This document shows, piece after piece, positions 34,915 through 48,825 of a DNA stretch of 64,000 nt (position 1 is its first letter; each line of letters starts with the position of its first letter). The notes beneath the pieces were generated by a model. That model saw only the letters and a program-made list of their open reading frames with translations. It ran no database searches and was not told where the DNA came from. This stretch comes from Tubiluchus corallicola (taxonomy: Eukaryota > Animalia > Priapulida). The DNA lies in assembly GCA_030141605.1 (NCBI GenBank), contig JAQGDQ010000402.1, positions 62,001 to 126,000 on the forward strand. Direction: 5' to 3'. Position numbers and translations under genes: made by a program.

Positions 34915-37900
34915 TGGCAAGTCCAACCAGACAACAGTTGCTTAAAGAGCTTCAGATGCAAAAGTTACGGGATAAAACAGAGGTAACTTGGCTTAAATTT
35001 AACGCTGTTTTAAAAATTTTGGTTATTATCTTAATGTCTAAATGCCAGTGCATGTTTAACATTGGGATGATCGCAAATTTGATTGTGAAGTTGTCACATA
35101 TCAGTGGTGTCTTGGCTGTATTACCCTATTTATAAAGCTTATTATCTATTATTCAAAATTCGAACCTATGCAAATTTTGTAAACTGGTATAATTTTACTA
35201 AAATTAGTACTGTAATTATTATATTTAACTAAACACTTTTTGCAGCTGTTTTTCTAATTAATAATTTGTTTCTATTTTGCTTTAATGTATTTGTTATTTT
35301 CTCTTATGCTTTCCTATATGCTCAGATGTAGCCCAATATGCTTTCTTAGCACCTGCACTGTTAAATAGCATCTCAAATGGTGAAGTTAAGTGAGAACTGA
35401 ACTCAATCTTAAACTATAACTCAGAAATATCTACCCTATAAAATATTGTTAGGGAACGTACAATTTTTTACCACAGAAATGTAATATTTCATGCGTTGCT
35501 AGTTAGTCCCTATTATACGCATTTTGCCATGTGGTAGTTAGATGGGCTCTCAGAATTGCACTAAAAACAGGTTCTATACCTCCCTGTTCAAAGGTGTTCA
35601 GCTGTGACATAGTACACACATTCAAGCTCATGCGTGATAACAGTGGTAAACTTGAAATTTTAAGTTCTAAACTCAAAATTTGCCAATATCACATTGGGTG
35701 TTGTACAATAGCACTAGCTGTGCTTCAAGTTTCGCTTTCGAAAAAATGTGCAGCACGCTCGCTGAGTGTTTGTACTGTTGAAAATTATGTTCATTTGTGG
35801 TGTCATTAGCAATTGGGCTTACCAGTTGTTAATTAAATTTTTACTGTATTAATAAATTATCTAAAATTATGTGGTATTTTTATAGGTGTAAAAATACATA
35901 CTGTTTATTATCTTTGAAAATGTAGTAGGATGTTTTCCTTTATTTCATTAACAGGATGTTTATAATCTCCCAAATAAACCTAGGAATAGGAATTATTGTA
36001 ATATATTGTGGTCTTTAGTTACGTTGACTACTTCCTGATCGATTGCTAGTTTTGACATCAGATATCCTGCTTTAATCCCATTATAATTCCTGCTATAATA
36101 ACGGCAGGTAATAGTAAAGTCTTTTGACGAGAAGTCATAATACCTCAATTTATGCTGTCTTTCATATTACTGAAAGTTTTCAAATCATTGTTAAAACTGA
36201 TGCAGGTTTGAGTAATTACAAAGCAAATTGTTTAGTTTAATATGAATGTTCGAAAACTCTTAATTTAGAATTGACTGGTTAAGGTATTTTTGTTAAGACT
36301 GTTTGAAAATGTTCATGATGAATGTTTTATTAATAGAAATTGAAGGCGGACATACTAGAGCAGGTTGGTACACACCTGAACGATGCATTTGACAACTTGA
36401 TAAGTGAAACCGAGTCGTTAGATAACTCTGTGCAGAGCAATGGAGACTGTGGGGACATGGTTGTTGGCAGGTCCAACAAACAAAGGTAAAATTGCAGCTT
36501 TAACTTTGTTGGCGAGCAATGTTGGTGGATTGCAGGTGGCATAGCTGGAGATTGTGATACAGGAGATTCCTGGCTTCCCATACGTCCACAACACACAATT
36601 GAGTCCGTCTTCAAATAAAGTTTTTGGTAGTAAGCAGTGTTTCTGTGTTAAAACTAAATTGTGTCACATGTTTATATATTTCCACTGTTCCATCAGAACA
36701 ACAACATTTTTCAGTGCTTATACTACTAGCATTGACACATTCTATTATCTCAACTGAGCTACTTTAATCATTGCTCAAGATAGAATATGTGGTTTCTTTT
36801 AGTATTAAAATTAGATTTGTCTTTTTGCCATCAGTCTTTTTCACTGCTCTAGACTAAAAGTGCTATCTGCGGCAGACCGCTCTTGCACCCTCGTGTTGTG
36901 ATACTGACAAGTTAGTAGGGGAATTGATTAACCTTTGTTTAGTTAACTTTAGTATGATGATCTACATCTGAAGTCAAATTGTAGGCACTGCCAGATTAGC
37001 TATACTGTCTGAAAGTTAGATATCCTTCAAAAAATCTTAGTCAGGGAGATTTACTGTCTTGATAAGTCTAAAAATGTTGCATGAAAAAAATGTTTTTGAA
37101 ATAGAAATGTCATGATTTTTCAAATTTGGTACTGATATAATTTCTTGTATTGCAAGTAATTGTTGCTTGATTTACAGAAATGCAGGAGAACTTCCAGACA
37201 AGCAATACGTGTCAAGACGTTCTTTACTTACGTAAGTTTCCAGTTTCGTTAATTTTTCTAATATATCGGGTGCCCCAAAAGTCACTATGTACTGTTATTT
37301 CTAATTTTCTGTTTAAATTTTTCTTTGATCTTGGCAAGCTCGCACATGAGTCTGACGCCCGAATCTTTGATTCTTTTTTTTTATTTTTGGACTATAACTG
37401 CGTTTCTGTGGCAACTATAATAACATTACAAATGAGGTGCGAAATCTCAGAGATCATCTGATCACTAACTGAAGTTCAGCAGAAATTAAGAACACTATTT
37501 AGAACACCTTTCCACATTACTCAGGAGCTGTTAGATGCTCTCTCAGTGCAAGATACCCAACCTTCCATTGGACTGACACCTGATGTTATTTTGACAGAAA
37601 GTGTGTGAATTGACACCTGCATTTTTTTGCAAGGTTATATCATGCAACAATTTATGCAGAAAGATCAAGACAGCTTCATGAACCCAATTAGAGGTGGTTG
37701 TGTAAACATTTAACTGGAAGCATGTGCCGTTGTTGGAATTACATTAATCATTAATAGAAGTGTTTTGAAAAAGCTAACAGATGTTGCAAAGCCTGCCAGT
37801 GCAGTAATTCTTTTTAGGTTTTTCATCTACATTTATCTAAAAAAAGTGCGGAAGATTTTAGATAATCTGTACCTATTATATGGAGCAAATGAACATTTTG

Positions 37901-40900
37901 CTTCATTTTTTAATCAAAATATAGAATATGTAAAGAGTGTAATGACTTCTGAGACACTCCGAATCATGCCATAGCATTCTATGTAGAGGTTTATGTCATG
38001 CATTGCGAAAGGAAATTTCACTTGTCATTATTTTTGTATTATTACTATTGTTATTGTTGTTAATATTGTTCTCATCATAGTCATTATCACTGCTGCTGTC
38101 ATTGTTATTATTTAATAAAACGATACATAAAAACTGGTAATGTCTCGTCAGTTGCAGGAATTGCACAACAGAATGAAAAGATCTTCAAGAAAATTTGACG
38201 CATCTCTAGCTGCCACTCATAGTCAAATGTCACCCAATGTTGATTACTGCCTACTCACCATACAACTTGTATAATTTACTTACTGTGCTTTTATTATTAT
38301 TTTTTTACAGAGAACTATTCGAGATTAACCATATCAGGACCATTTATCATATATTTGTTGCTATTCTCATACTGTTTAGCCTTAACACAATTGTTTATGA
38401 CCTGATAGAGACAGGAAGGTGGGTATTATAAAATGGTATGCCACTGATTTTTGTGTACGTTTTAATATGTGTACGTAATTTAAATACGCCAACAAATTTA
38501 ATAATTGTTGCCAATATTAGAGTTTTTTTATAATTATATATCCACTCGTAATTGCATGCTAGTTTATGGAAGGACAGTTATTTGAATTTGGACAAAAATG
38601 TCGCAGAATAGTTTCTGTACTCCATAAGGACCACATTATGGCTAAAGTCTATCCACAACTCAAACTAGAATGGTCCTAAAAGTGTTTTAATTAGATTTAT
38701 TCTGCTTGCAACACAGTCATGTTAACAAAGACATCCATCATACAATACTTTTACAATAATTAATCTGTTGGGTAACTAAATGAAGGAGGAGACGAGACTG
38801 TAAATAAGTTTGGACCAATCAGGACTTGAACACAGAATCTTGTCTTTCACGTCACACAGTCACTGTCATGATGACTAAGAAGAACAACATTCAACACACA
38901 TTTACAATCCACATTTACATAGTGCAAAGTAAACAAAAGTTGTCTAGTTAGCATAGTTTGTTAGAATTTGTTGGTTTTTACATGAAAACATAAACATCTA
39001 CCTTTCTTACTGCTTGCTGTGTAGAGATACTTGTGTTTAACAAAGAAAGCACGTACATATGCACCAAACGCTAAGTGTAGTGGGAAATTTTTGCATTTCT
39101 TATGGTTTATACAAAACCATATTTAGTTTGAGACTACTGTGTGGCTGATTCCAAATGTGAAATGTCCAAGATAGCAAACATTGGCAGTTCTTGCACATAA
39201 CTTGTGTGTTGTACACTCTGTCTTATTATGTTTGTTTTAGTTCTACCATTTCGCTAATTCCATTTTCATTTATGATTTAACTTACTTTTGTCTTGTAGGT
39301 TTACACTAGATTTTGGCCTCATACAGTGGGCTCTTGGAAAATTCCCGGTTGTCATGTTTCTCTGGTCAGGGATGATGTTGTCGACAATGATGGTGGTCTT
39401 TACAGCATTTCAACATTGGGCTTTGCATAGGTCACCTTCACCTGTCTGTAAGTTTATGATTTAATTAGCAAAAAACTAATACATTAATTTGTGCAAAAGC
39501 ATTTGGAATAGGTTCTCGTCCTTCACATGTGGTCTTTATTTATGTCCAACCTCCATTGTATGGTGTTAAATTTGTATTATTTGTAAACTTAAATGTTAAT
39601 ATATAAATTTTTCTGTAATGAGTGTGTATTATAGTTATATCAAATGAAAAGATGGTGAACATTTCTAATTTTTTTAATGTCATAATTTTTGTTTAAGGTA
39701 ACAACGTGAATATCTGTAAATAGTGAGGCATTGAACTTTACATTTACATTTTTTACATCAACGAAGCAATAGTAGGTTATAAATTTCTAATTCTTGCTAT
39801 TTTTGCAATGATCATGTTGTTATCTGTAGCTTCCATGAATAAGAAGTTTTGCTAATCTTTAGCCAGAGAAATTCATAGTATTACCGTGAATTTTATTCTG
39901 TAGGGCAGCGTATAGACTACGTAGCGCTGACACTGTACATTTTATACCAATGTGCCTTTCTTGTTGTGCCAGTTTACCTAGTACACATTCATCAACTTCC
40001 ACCAGCTTCTACCACCATAATTGCCTGTGAACAGGTAGGTCATTACTTTTTTTATATGATGGCAGGTTTACAGTAAACTGAAATGTTAACAAATTTGTTT
40101 CAAAATGTTTTTTAATGCGAGTGTGTGAATTTATAACTTGTCAGCTTAATATGATTAATGCAGTTGAAAAAATGTAAAAAGATTGGATGAGAACGCTGTC
40201 GTTTGAAAGTTTTTTACTCTGTATTTTTCCATGATTTTTTTGGAATAACTGCTAGGTGTTTTCCAGTGGTGCGTCAAATTGTTAATCAGACAAAGTTGCA
40301 ATTCAATATGTAATTGTTTGACTAACTGATCATTGCTTGCAAATTTTTAATTTCAGATTCGACAGTTGATGAAAGCACATTCTTTTGTAAGGGAGAACGT
40401 TTCTCGTGCTGTTAATTACAAGCCTAAACGAGGTATGAACGTTTTAATGATCATTGCAGTCTTGTAAAATTTCTTAACTGCCAAGACCTGTTGCAACACT
40501 TAATTTTGTATATTGTGTAAATGTAAGAGCTACGTACTAATTCTGCAGCTAAACTTGAGAAATATGTTAATTTTCGAGGCAAATTAGAGTGTTTTGAAAC
40601 TACATTTTTTGCTATTTGGTTAGCACAGTGCAAAATTACACGTATCAGTTTTTTTACATTGACATTTAGCCTTACACGAGGTTGCGTTATTTGATACCAT
40701 AACAATTACACCTCATCTTATTCATTACATGGCAAAAAAAAAACCTCTTCTGCATGAACGTTTTTTTCCTTGCAGTCATTTATATTTCGTCAGTTAAGCG
40801 TCTCTAGATATTCGGAGGGATTCAGTTTACCTTTAAACATGGGCGATGCCAGAGTTTAAATGATTTGATGCACAAACAGCTAGGGGGTCTGGTGGAGTTT

Positions 40901-43900
40901 CTGCACATTTTGGATTCCTCAAATGAAATCTAATTTCTGGTACATAGACTTCCTGAAACGTGAAAAATTCTGCTTTAATAAATATATTTTACCTACATTT
41001 ACCTAGGTAATATTCATTGTATTCTATTGTAGTAGTCATATATCTTAAAATCAAGTTCGTAATGCACTGTAATGTGGATGACCCATTACTTAAGCTTAAT
41101 TTATTTTGTATCAAGGTTATCTATCCAGCAAAATGTGGATAGTCAAACTTAAAACTGATTTGAGACTGTCAAGTTTACAGCGTACCCACTGTTCATACAG
41201 AATTTAATAATTTTGCTTGCGTGCTAATTTTTCCCACCGGACACAGCTAAACGGCAGAACGTCTTGGCCACACATGCATTTTACTGCATTTTAGACCATT
41301 TTGCAGGTGCTAGAAGCTATTTCCTCAGGCAAGTTCACTAGTTTAAAACTCATGTCACCTCAAACTCTTGACTCACAATTTCACTGCTACCGTAAAAAGG
41401 GGAGCAGGCCCCTTGGGCCCACCCGTAAATGCAAAAGTGCATTTACAGTTATCTAAAAAATGTCTAGACAGATGTGCATTTTGGTTTACCACTAAAAAAA
41501 TTATTTAGCCTTAAAAATTTTTTTTCTTAAGAAATTTTGTTTGCGCATTAAGTGACAGAACAGGCTGTTAAGCATGAAAAACAATTTATGTAGTTTTTCC
41601 GCAGAATGTTGCCAGATTATTAATAATGCGAGAGGCATAGCGTTGCAGCAGCTAAAATATTTCTCAGTTACATCATCAGTCAGTATTTCCTAGTTTATTG
41701 TTCTTCTTCTTCACAGCTTCCTTCTCTTCCTATTCATTTGTATGCAGTTATTCTACTCGATCCTTCTCCTGCTTAACAAATGTAATAAAGTTTGTAAATG
41801 ATTATTGTTTCAAAAATTTCTGTCATAAAATGTAGCTAAAAGTCTGCAAATTTCTGGCTAATGCCAGAAATGTATTTTTGATGTTTTTTTCTGTTGCCAA
41901 GCCCAGATCTTCGTCAGAAATCTACTACATTGAAATGTAACTTCAATGTGTTCTTGTAAAAGTCCGTAGCAACCAACATTTGTGCATTTACTAGGTTTAT
42001 GGTAGAAATGCGACAAAAAACAATGGCTAACTGTGACAGTGATTTTCTCAAGATTACGTTTTTCGGTGTGTAACATTACATTTTTAGCCTGCACCTCAAA
42101 TTCAACGTGGATTATCTCAGCTTAGAAATAACATAGAGTGATGAGCTTGGTATCAAAATAATCCTCATGAAATGGAGATTCAGGATATGTGAATAGCTGG
42201 AAAAGCTTAATTGCCGACTTATGGAGGGTTTTGCTATGCAATCGCACGCACACACACACACACACACACGCAGATATATAAATTTCCCTTTGACTCCATG
42301 TCACAGTTTGCCTTCAGCATTCTGCAAATGAAAACTAAAAGTTCGTGTTAGAAAAAATCATTTCTGTTAAAAGGGTAATTAGTTTTGTGACATAATATTG
42401 TATGCATTTAATTTTCAGAAGACAGTGATGACGTTGAAGACTCACCTTGCCCAGACTTCAGCTACTACCTCTACTTTCTCTTTGCGCCAACTCTTATCTA
42501 CCGTGACAACTACCCTCGCACGGCAAAGATCAACTGGAACTATGTTGCCACAAACTTGGCGCAAGTCGTCGCTTGTCTGTTTTACACGTACTACATCTTC
42601 ATGCGTTTTTGTGTACCAGTATTTCAGGTGGGTGGGTGCTAGATCTGATTCATGTGATGATGATTTTAATGATAATATTGTAAATTACAATGATCATAAT
42701 GGCAGTATTAATGGTGGTGGTTGGTAAGTTGTATTGACGGTGATGATGATGATGGTGATGATGATGATGTTGATGGTGATGATTATGATAGTGATGGTGA
42801 TGGTGATAAAATCTGGTAAGATCTGGTGGTGGCAGTGATGACGATGATGATGATGAATGATAATAATGGCAGTATTAGTGGTGAGTGATAGTGACGGGTG
42901 ACAGTGAACATGAATTGCACATATTATCTCTTTTTGCTTGCAGCATTTCAATCAAGAGCATGTGAATGTGAAGAACTATATCCTAGCAGTATTTGGCTGT
43001 ATGCTGCCTGGTACATTGGTGCTTTTTATTGGATTCTTCATGGTTCTACACTCATGGCTCAACGCCTTCGCTGAAATGCTAAGATTCGGTGACAGAATGT
43101 TTTATAAGGTAAAAGTTTTCACACGATTAGAAAAATATTAAGTATCTTTTGCAGTAGCACACTAAGTCTAAAATTTCTGCATTTCTCCCAGTCAAAAAGA
43201 CCCGCTTAATCTCAAAACGTATTCAGAGGAATCAAATAAAAGTAAAGGTTTTAGCAAATAAAATGTTTCATCTATTCAGTACTGTTGTATTTATTTGTGT
43301 TAATGCGTGCATAATACAAATACTAGAAAATTTTAATAATCTTATAATAAAAATGAAAATCTCAATCATAGAACAACCAATCCGAGTAATTTACAAAGCA
43401 GAATTTGAGATTGTTTTCAAAGTATAATTAAAATTGGAATGTGTGCATTTTTAATGTGTGCACATTTATCACTACAACAGTCAAAATTCAGTAAGTTGTG
43501 AAGCACAAATCTAGACAGCAAGCAATCTAGAAAACTTTATCGATTTTTCCCCACGGTGTGCAGTAAGTGCGCATACTACATTAATGACAGCAACAAAAAA
43601 TAAAATAAAAAACGAGACCATTCCTTGTTTTTGCAATACATTATTTCATTGCAGATCTTATATTACAGTTATGTCAAATAATGTGTAGCAGGCTGTGTGT
43701 ATATATAGCTGCTTTTCATGAAATAATAAAAGTATCTTGTGCTTTTTACCCGATGCCTCAAATTTTGAATTACTGAAGAAATATTTCTTGTAATGAGCTT
43801 AATATCTCTTAAACCAAAGCAAAATTTAAAAATGTCCTTAGAAATGAAAAAAGCTTCATCAAGCAAGGAATTGAGGATATCTATTGTCTACCGAAAGAAA

Positions 43901-46900
43901 TTACAGCAGCAAAGAAGCCTTATTTAAATCTTCCCAGAATCTATGCAGTATTTTTCGTTTTCTTTTAGTTTTTACTTTTATCGGTATCCCGGTGGGCCAG
44001 TCCTCCACTGATCTATTGTAAATTGTAATCCTTAATATAAAATGTTGAGAACCACCAAAAACAAATATCACTGTGTAATTTTTCGTGAATTACATATATC
44101 AGAATAAATAAAAGAAAATAACAGCCTTTTGTAAACATTCACTCGTCATTTTCTTACAGACCTATTTTAAAGGAATCGTGTTTTCCTGCACAAGTAGTGT
44201 AAAGTACAGTTGCTTATATGAAATGTTAGTTTTTTTGTGTGTTAGTGATGTTTTTTGTGCTACACTGCATTTTATAAATTCAAATCCGGTTTAGGATTGG
44301 TGGAACTCCACTTCATTTTCTAATTACTACAGAACGTGGAATGTTGTTGTACATGATTGGCTGTACACGTATGTTTACAAGGACTTTTATCGGGTAAGCA
44401 TTCCGCATTTTCTAAATGATTTAGGCATTCACTTCGTTATATAAATTCAACACTTTATTTGTTTTATTTGATTTGCATTGTTTGTTTTTTTGCATGGACT
44501 GAATGATGGTAGAATGAATAATCTTTGAATATTAATGATTGATTATTAGTCATACTCACTGACAGATGCTTCTCTTCTTTAGTATATAAGCATGCACACT
44601 TTTTAAAAGGATTGTTGGAAGTGTTCATGTTATTCGTACTTAATCAGTAGTTACGACTTAGTTGGCCTGCATTGTTCTTATTTTAACGTTAAAGGCACAG
44701 TTACATGAAAATTCGCCATTATAAAGTCTTTATAAAAAGTTTTTTATTCAAACCTCCTACCAGACAATTCTAACATGCTAAAAAGTTGTTGGTGCTTGTG
44801 GTTGTGTGTCAAATTTGAAAAATCACTAGGTGATTCTAGATGATGGAAAACTGAGATGGAGACATTTTTAATGACCAGTTTTAATAAGTTTTTAATTCAT
44901 TATGTAATTATATATGAAAACAGTTAAGTAACAGCACTGTAAACACAAATTCATGTAGAAAATTGCTGAGGACTGAAGTTACTGAACAAATAGTGCTTTG
45001 TGGACAGATTCCTATCGAATCTATAATATGTTTGACAGAATAGCAAAGTTTTCCTTATCAGCATTTCTTTCCTTTCTTTTTTCGTATTTATAAAGATCTT
45101 AATAATGTCATGTTTCTTTGCTATTTCTTGAGTGACAAATAGAAACCTTTATTTTCTTCTGTTAGTTAATACTTAAAATTCTTTTCTTGCATATTGTTGT
45201 ATTTCTAACAAAGCTGTAACTTTTCTGGTTAACAAACTGAATGATTTTTGGTGGTAGTTTAAAATGATTTGTTTTAGTTTATATTGCACTGCATGTTGTA
45301 GTTTTAGCCACCCTGCACCATTAACACCCTGTTTAATATCTCTTGCAGTTCTCACAACAACTGCAAGAAAATGAAACGGTTGTAAGTATTATCTTTCAAC
45401 TAACTTACTAATGTTGCCGACATAGAAAACGTGCAGTAGTCACAGATAAAATGTTTGCATTTGTTGCATATGTGGAACGTTTGGCAAAAAGGAATGTGTT
45501 ACAGGCCAGCAGTGGTAGGTCATTAATGTGCTGAAAATTGGGGAGGGGTACGCTGTTGTCATTTTATTTCAGTGTAACACGGCAGGGAGCGGTACTACAC
45601 TGAGTTAAACATGTTGTAATGATTTGTGGCACCGTGTCCCTTTGGCTGTATCACGTAGACTCCCATCTGGCTTGGTTCGTAAACTCAAGATAGCAGGTTC
45701 TCGGTTCAGTAAACTCAAGATAGCAAGTTCTCTATTGCCAATACATTTACTCTATGTTTTGTACGAAAATCTGTAGCTATGTTTCGATAAACAAAGTGTA
45801 CAATTTTAATTTGTTTTAGAAGAAAACTTTGCAGGAATTTTCTGTTTCCTCCATTTCAAGGCAAATGCTTTAAAAATGCTTTATTTCATTGTTTAAAAAA
45901 GTTCTGGTTCACTTTTATTAGCTTTTTGCAAAATTTAAAGCCTGCGCAGCCATGGTTCTTGAATTTTGCTACATCATTGCAAGAAGTATTGCCTGACCCG
46001 CTGCATATAACGTTACATTTCCAATTTATGTGCAAAATATGTTATTGAGACTTTGTAATCACATAAATTAACAACTTACTTTTCAAAGGCACTTGAAACA
46101 AAGCAGGTAGAGGTTTACACTTCCAAACATTGATCTTTCTAATGATTTGGTTTTTTTTTGGTAAGCAGTCACAAAAAAAATTTATGTTTTTATGTGTAGT
46201 TTTTGTTGAGTGTCCTATGCTGAATAGACTAATTTCATGGTATTTTTTGCTATTATAAATAGAGCATATGATTAATTTGTGCACTAAAGATGTTAACTTA
46301 TTGAACAATATTTTTATCACAGTCTCACACGTTTTTCCTTATATGAGGTTTGATTTGATTTATTTACTCACAGATATTAAAAGCTTTAATCACTTGTTAT
46401 TCATTATTATATTTCTGAATTCTTGCAGGTAGTCGGGCAACGCCATAGACCTCTTGCGATGATGCTGGTGTTCGTCCTGTCCGCAGTATTTCATGAATAC
46501 ATTCTCGTGCTTTCATTTGGTTTTTTCTACCCGGTCTTGTTCTTCATGTTTGCAGGGTGTGGTTGTAAGTTTACAAGTGTACTTTCACTTTTGCATTTTG
46601 TACTTAAGCATTTTGCTATACTTGTGAGATTTGTGAGAAACACAGCAACGTGCATCTTTGTAATATTTAACAATTTTCGTACCTTTTGTGGGTGATAGTT
46701 TTGTTTCAGATCTAACTATTCTTCATGTGCAAAGTTTAGTGCAGTGGGCCAAATTTTGCTTGAAAACTCATCTAAATTGATAGCCTGTCTTTTGGTACTT
46801 AACAACTTGTATTCTGACGCCTTACTTTGCGCAATTTATAAAATTTTTCCAATGCAAACAGCTATCTTCTGTAACTCCTAATTTCAAGGATACTTTTTGA

Positions 46901-48825
46901 GGTATTTGTATCATCCTTCTTTCTATTCATTAAATTTAAAATTCACAGTTTTCACACACTATCAGGTTTAACTAAATGTCTATTCAAGAAAGTGCTAAGT
47001 TAGTTAAAATGTTGCCATTAATCACAAAATATTTAGGTAGAATTGCCAATCTTTCTTTGTCGAAGCAAACTTACATTAATCTGTAATCAGGTGTAATTAG
47101 CTTCACTTAACATTTCCTTGTAGCTGCATTTATTCTGATTGAAAGGTAGGTTGATCAATGAATCATTTAAGCTTACTATAATAAAGCTTACTTAGAAGTG
47201 GTGCTGACAAGCCACTATCATAGCAGTGTCTAGTTTTTTGCTGGATTACTGCTATGTTTACCTGTCTTGAGGGCGGATTTCTTTTATCTTAGAATTCTGC
47301 CTGCGTAATGTCTACCACAGACGTGATAGGCATACAATAATGACTCTGATAAACACATATTAATTGACTGTGTGCCATCTTTACAATTATTGATAATAAA
47401 AAATGTTGATTTTTAGTTGGATTTATTTTCCTGACGCACAAACGAGTATCTCGAACTTGGAACGTGTTCATGTGGGTAGCTCTGTTTATTGGTAATGGAA
47501 TGTTGATGTGTCTATATAGTATGGAATACTATGCACAGAAAAACTGTCCTCCTTACATGGTAAGTGCTTGTATGTCATGTGTTTGTAAATTAGAATTTAG
47601 ACATTTATGTTTATATTAGCGCTCGCTTCCCACCCAGGAGGTCGCAAGTTCAACTGTCAAACGAGCCATACCAAAAACTTAAAAAATGGTTTCTTCGACC
47701 AAACATGTGCGTTTATCGAAGTAACATGGGGGTAATAATAATCGGGACCACCTTGCAAATAAGTATTGAAGTATTTAAGATGTTATCCCTGGATATTGTA
47801 TTAAAGGAAATACATTTTGTGTTCCCAGCAATAAGGTTTTTTTAATTAATATCCTTTTTCTGTATGCTAGCGATTATATTATCTCATATATATATATATA
47901 TTGAACAATAACAATAATGGAAGAACCATCATGATAAAAACATTTTCACAGGAAATTTTCTCCGACCTCATTGAAAGTCTACCATTGAAATGGTGACAAA
48001 ATTTGGAATGGTTAATAAGAAAACTAATAAATGGGATTTTACTCGGGGGGGGGGGGGTCACTAACCGAATAATAAATAACAAAATTAACAACATCAGGAA
48101 CATGTTGGAATTTATTGGTGAGTCATTTCGGATACCAAGAGAATTCATTGTCAATCTGAAAGCGTTTTTACAGATGTTTGCATTTATAGACAGGCCTCAT
48201 GGGATTCAAAGTTTCACCAATAAGAAATTTCAGCATTTTTATCATATTGTTATTTTTGTTATATATTAGCCAGGGTTTAGTTAAAACTTGTGATTTTTTT
48301 CTGCTAGAAGAAGTACATCTAACAACGCAATGAATTTTAAGAAAAAGGAAACTTTTCGCATCCACAAATTTTATTTGCAAAATTTTATAAATTATTCCTC
48401 TTCTCTTCCAAGTTTGCTAAAAGTCTTTTTATATTTCAAGTATTTTTATGGTTGCACATAATAAGATATTAATGTCAAAGAATGTTTGTCGTTGTGTTAG
48501 AGAAAATGCAAATGAATTAAAAATTTGTGCACTAACTCATCGTTCGTGATTAATTATCAAAGCCTTGAAAACAGTTTATGTGGTGAACTTGCTTTTTTAA
48601 TTTCATATTCAACATAAATAAATGTATAAGAAAGCGAAAAATTGGCAAGAAAACCTAACTGTTTGAATTTTGCTGAGTTTTATATTGCCGTATTCTCTCT
48701 AATCCAATTTCTATAAATCTGAATTATGCGATAATGTTTTTTGCTTTCAGAACAATGTATGGGATCTAGTCATTCCACGCTCATGGGTATGCCAGCATGC
48801 AGCAAACGTAACAACGACCACTTAA
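34915..48825 (+). CDS. SOAT1: Sterol O-acyltransferase (ACAT/SOAT, MBOAT family); 13 secure coding exons, start exon unresolved
   Basis: Exons 34915-34982, 36337-36485, 37178-37231, 38311-38418, 39299-39447, 39904-40034, 40357-40432, 42419-42627, 42944-43108, 44295-44393, 46429-46564, 47417-47559, 48751-48825; all GT-AG and phase-consistent. Motifs [74 protein letters not shown], catalytic VFHEY, PRSW.C. SOAT1 versus SOAT2 co-orthology not resolved. Candidate AATAAA ~51313. Confidence 0.95.
37263..37505 (+). mobile_element. Second copy of the Tc1/mariner-like repeat at 6078
   Basis: Shared terminal and internal blocks (see 6078). Confidence 0.55.
42654..42895. repeat. Degenerate (GAT/GGT)n trinucleotide tract in a SOAT intron
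   Basis: Direct reading; explains the His/Ile-rich ORF 42694-42951. Confidence 0.9.
47615..47820 (+). mobile_element. Probable tRNA-derived SINE relic
   Basis: tRNA-like head (AGCGCTCGCTTCCCAC..GAGGTCGCAAGTTCAA) followed by CATACCAAAAACTTAAAAAATGG, a block resembling conserved invertebrate SINE central domains (recall). Confidence 0.45.
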
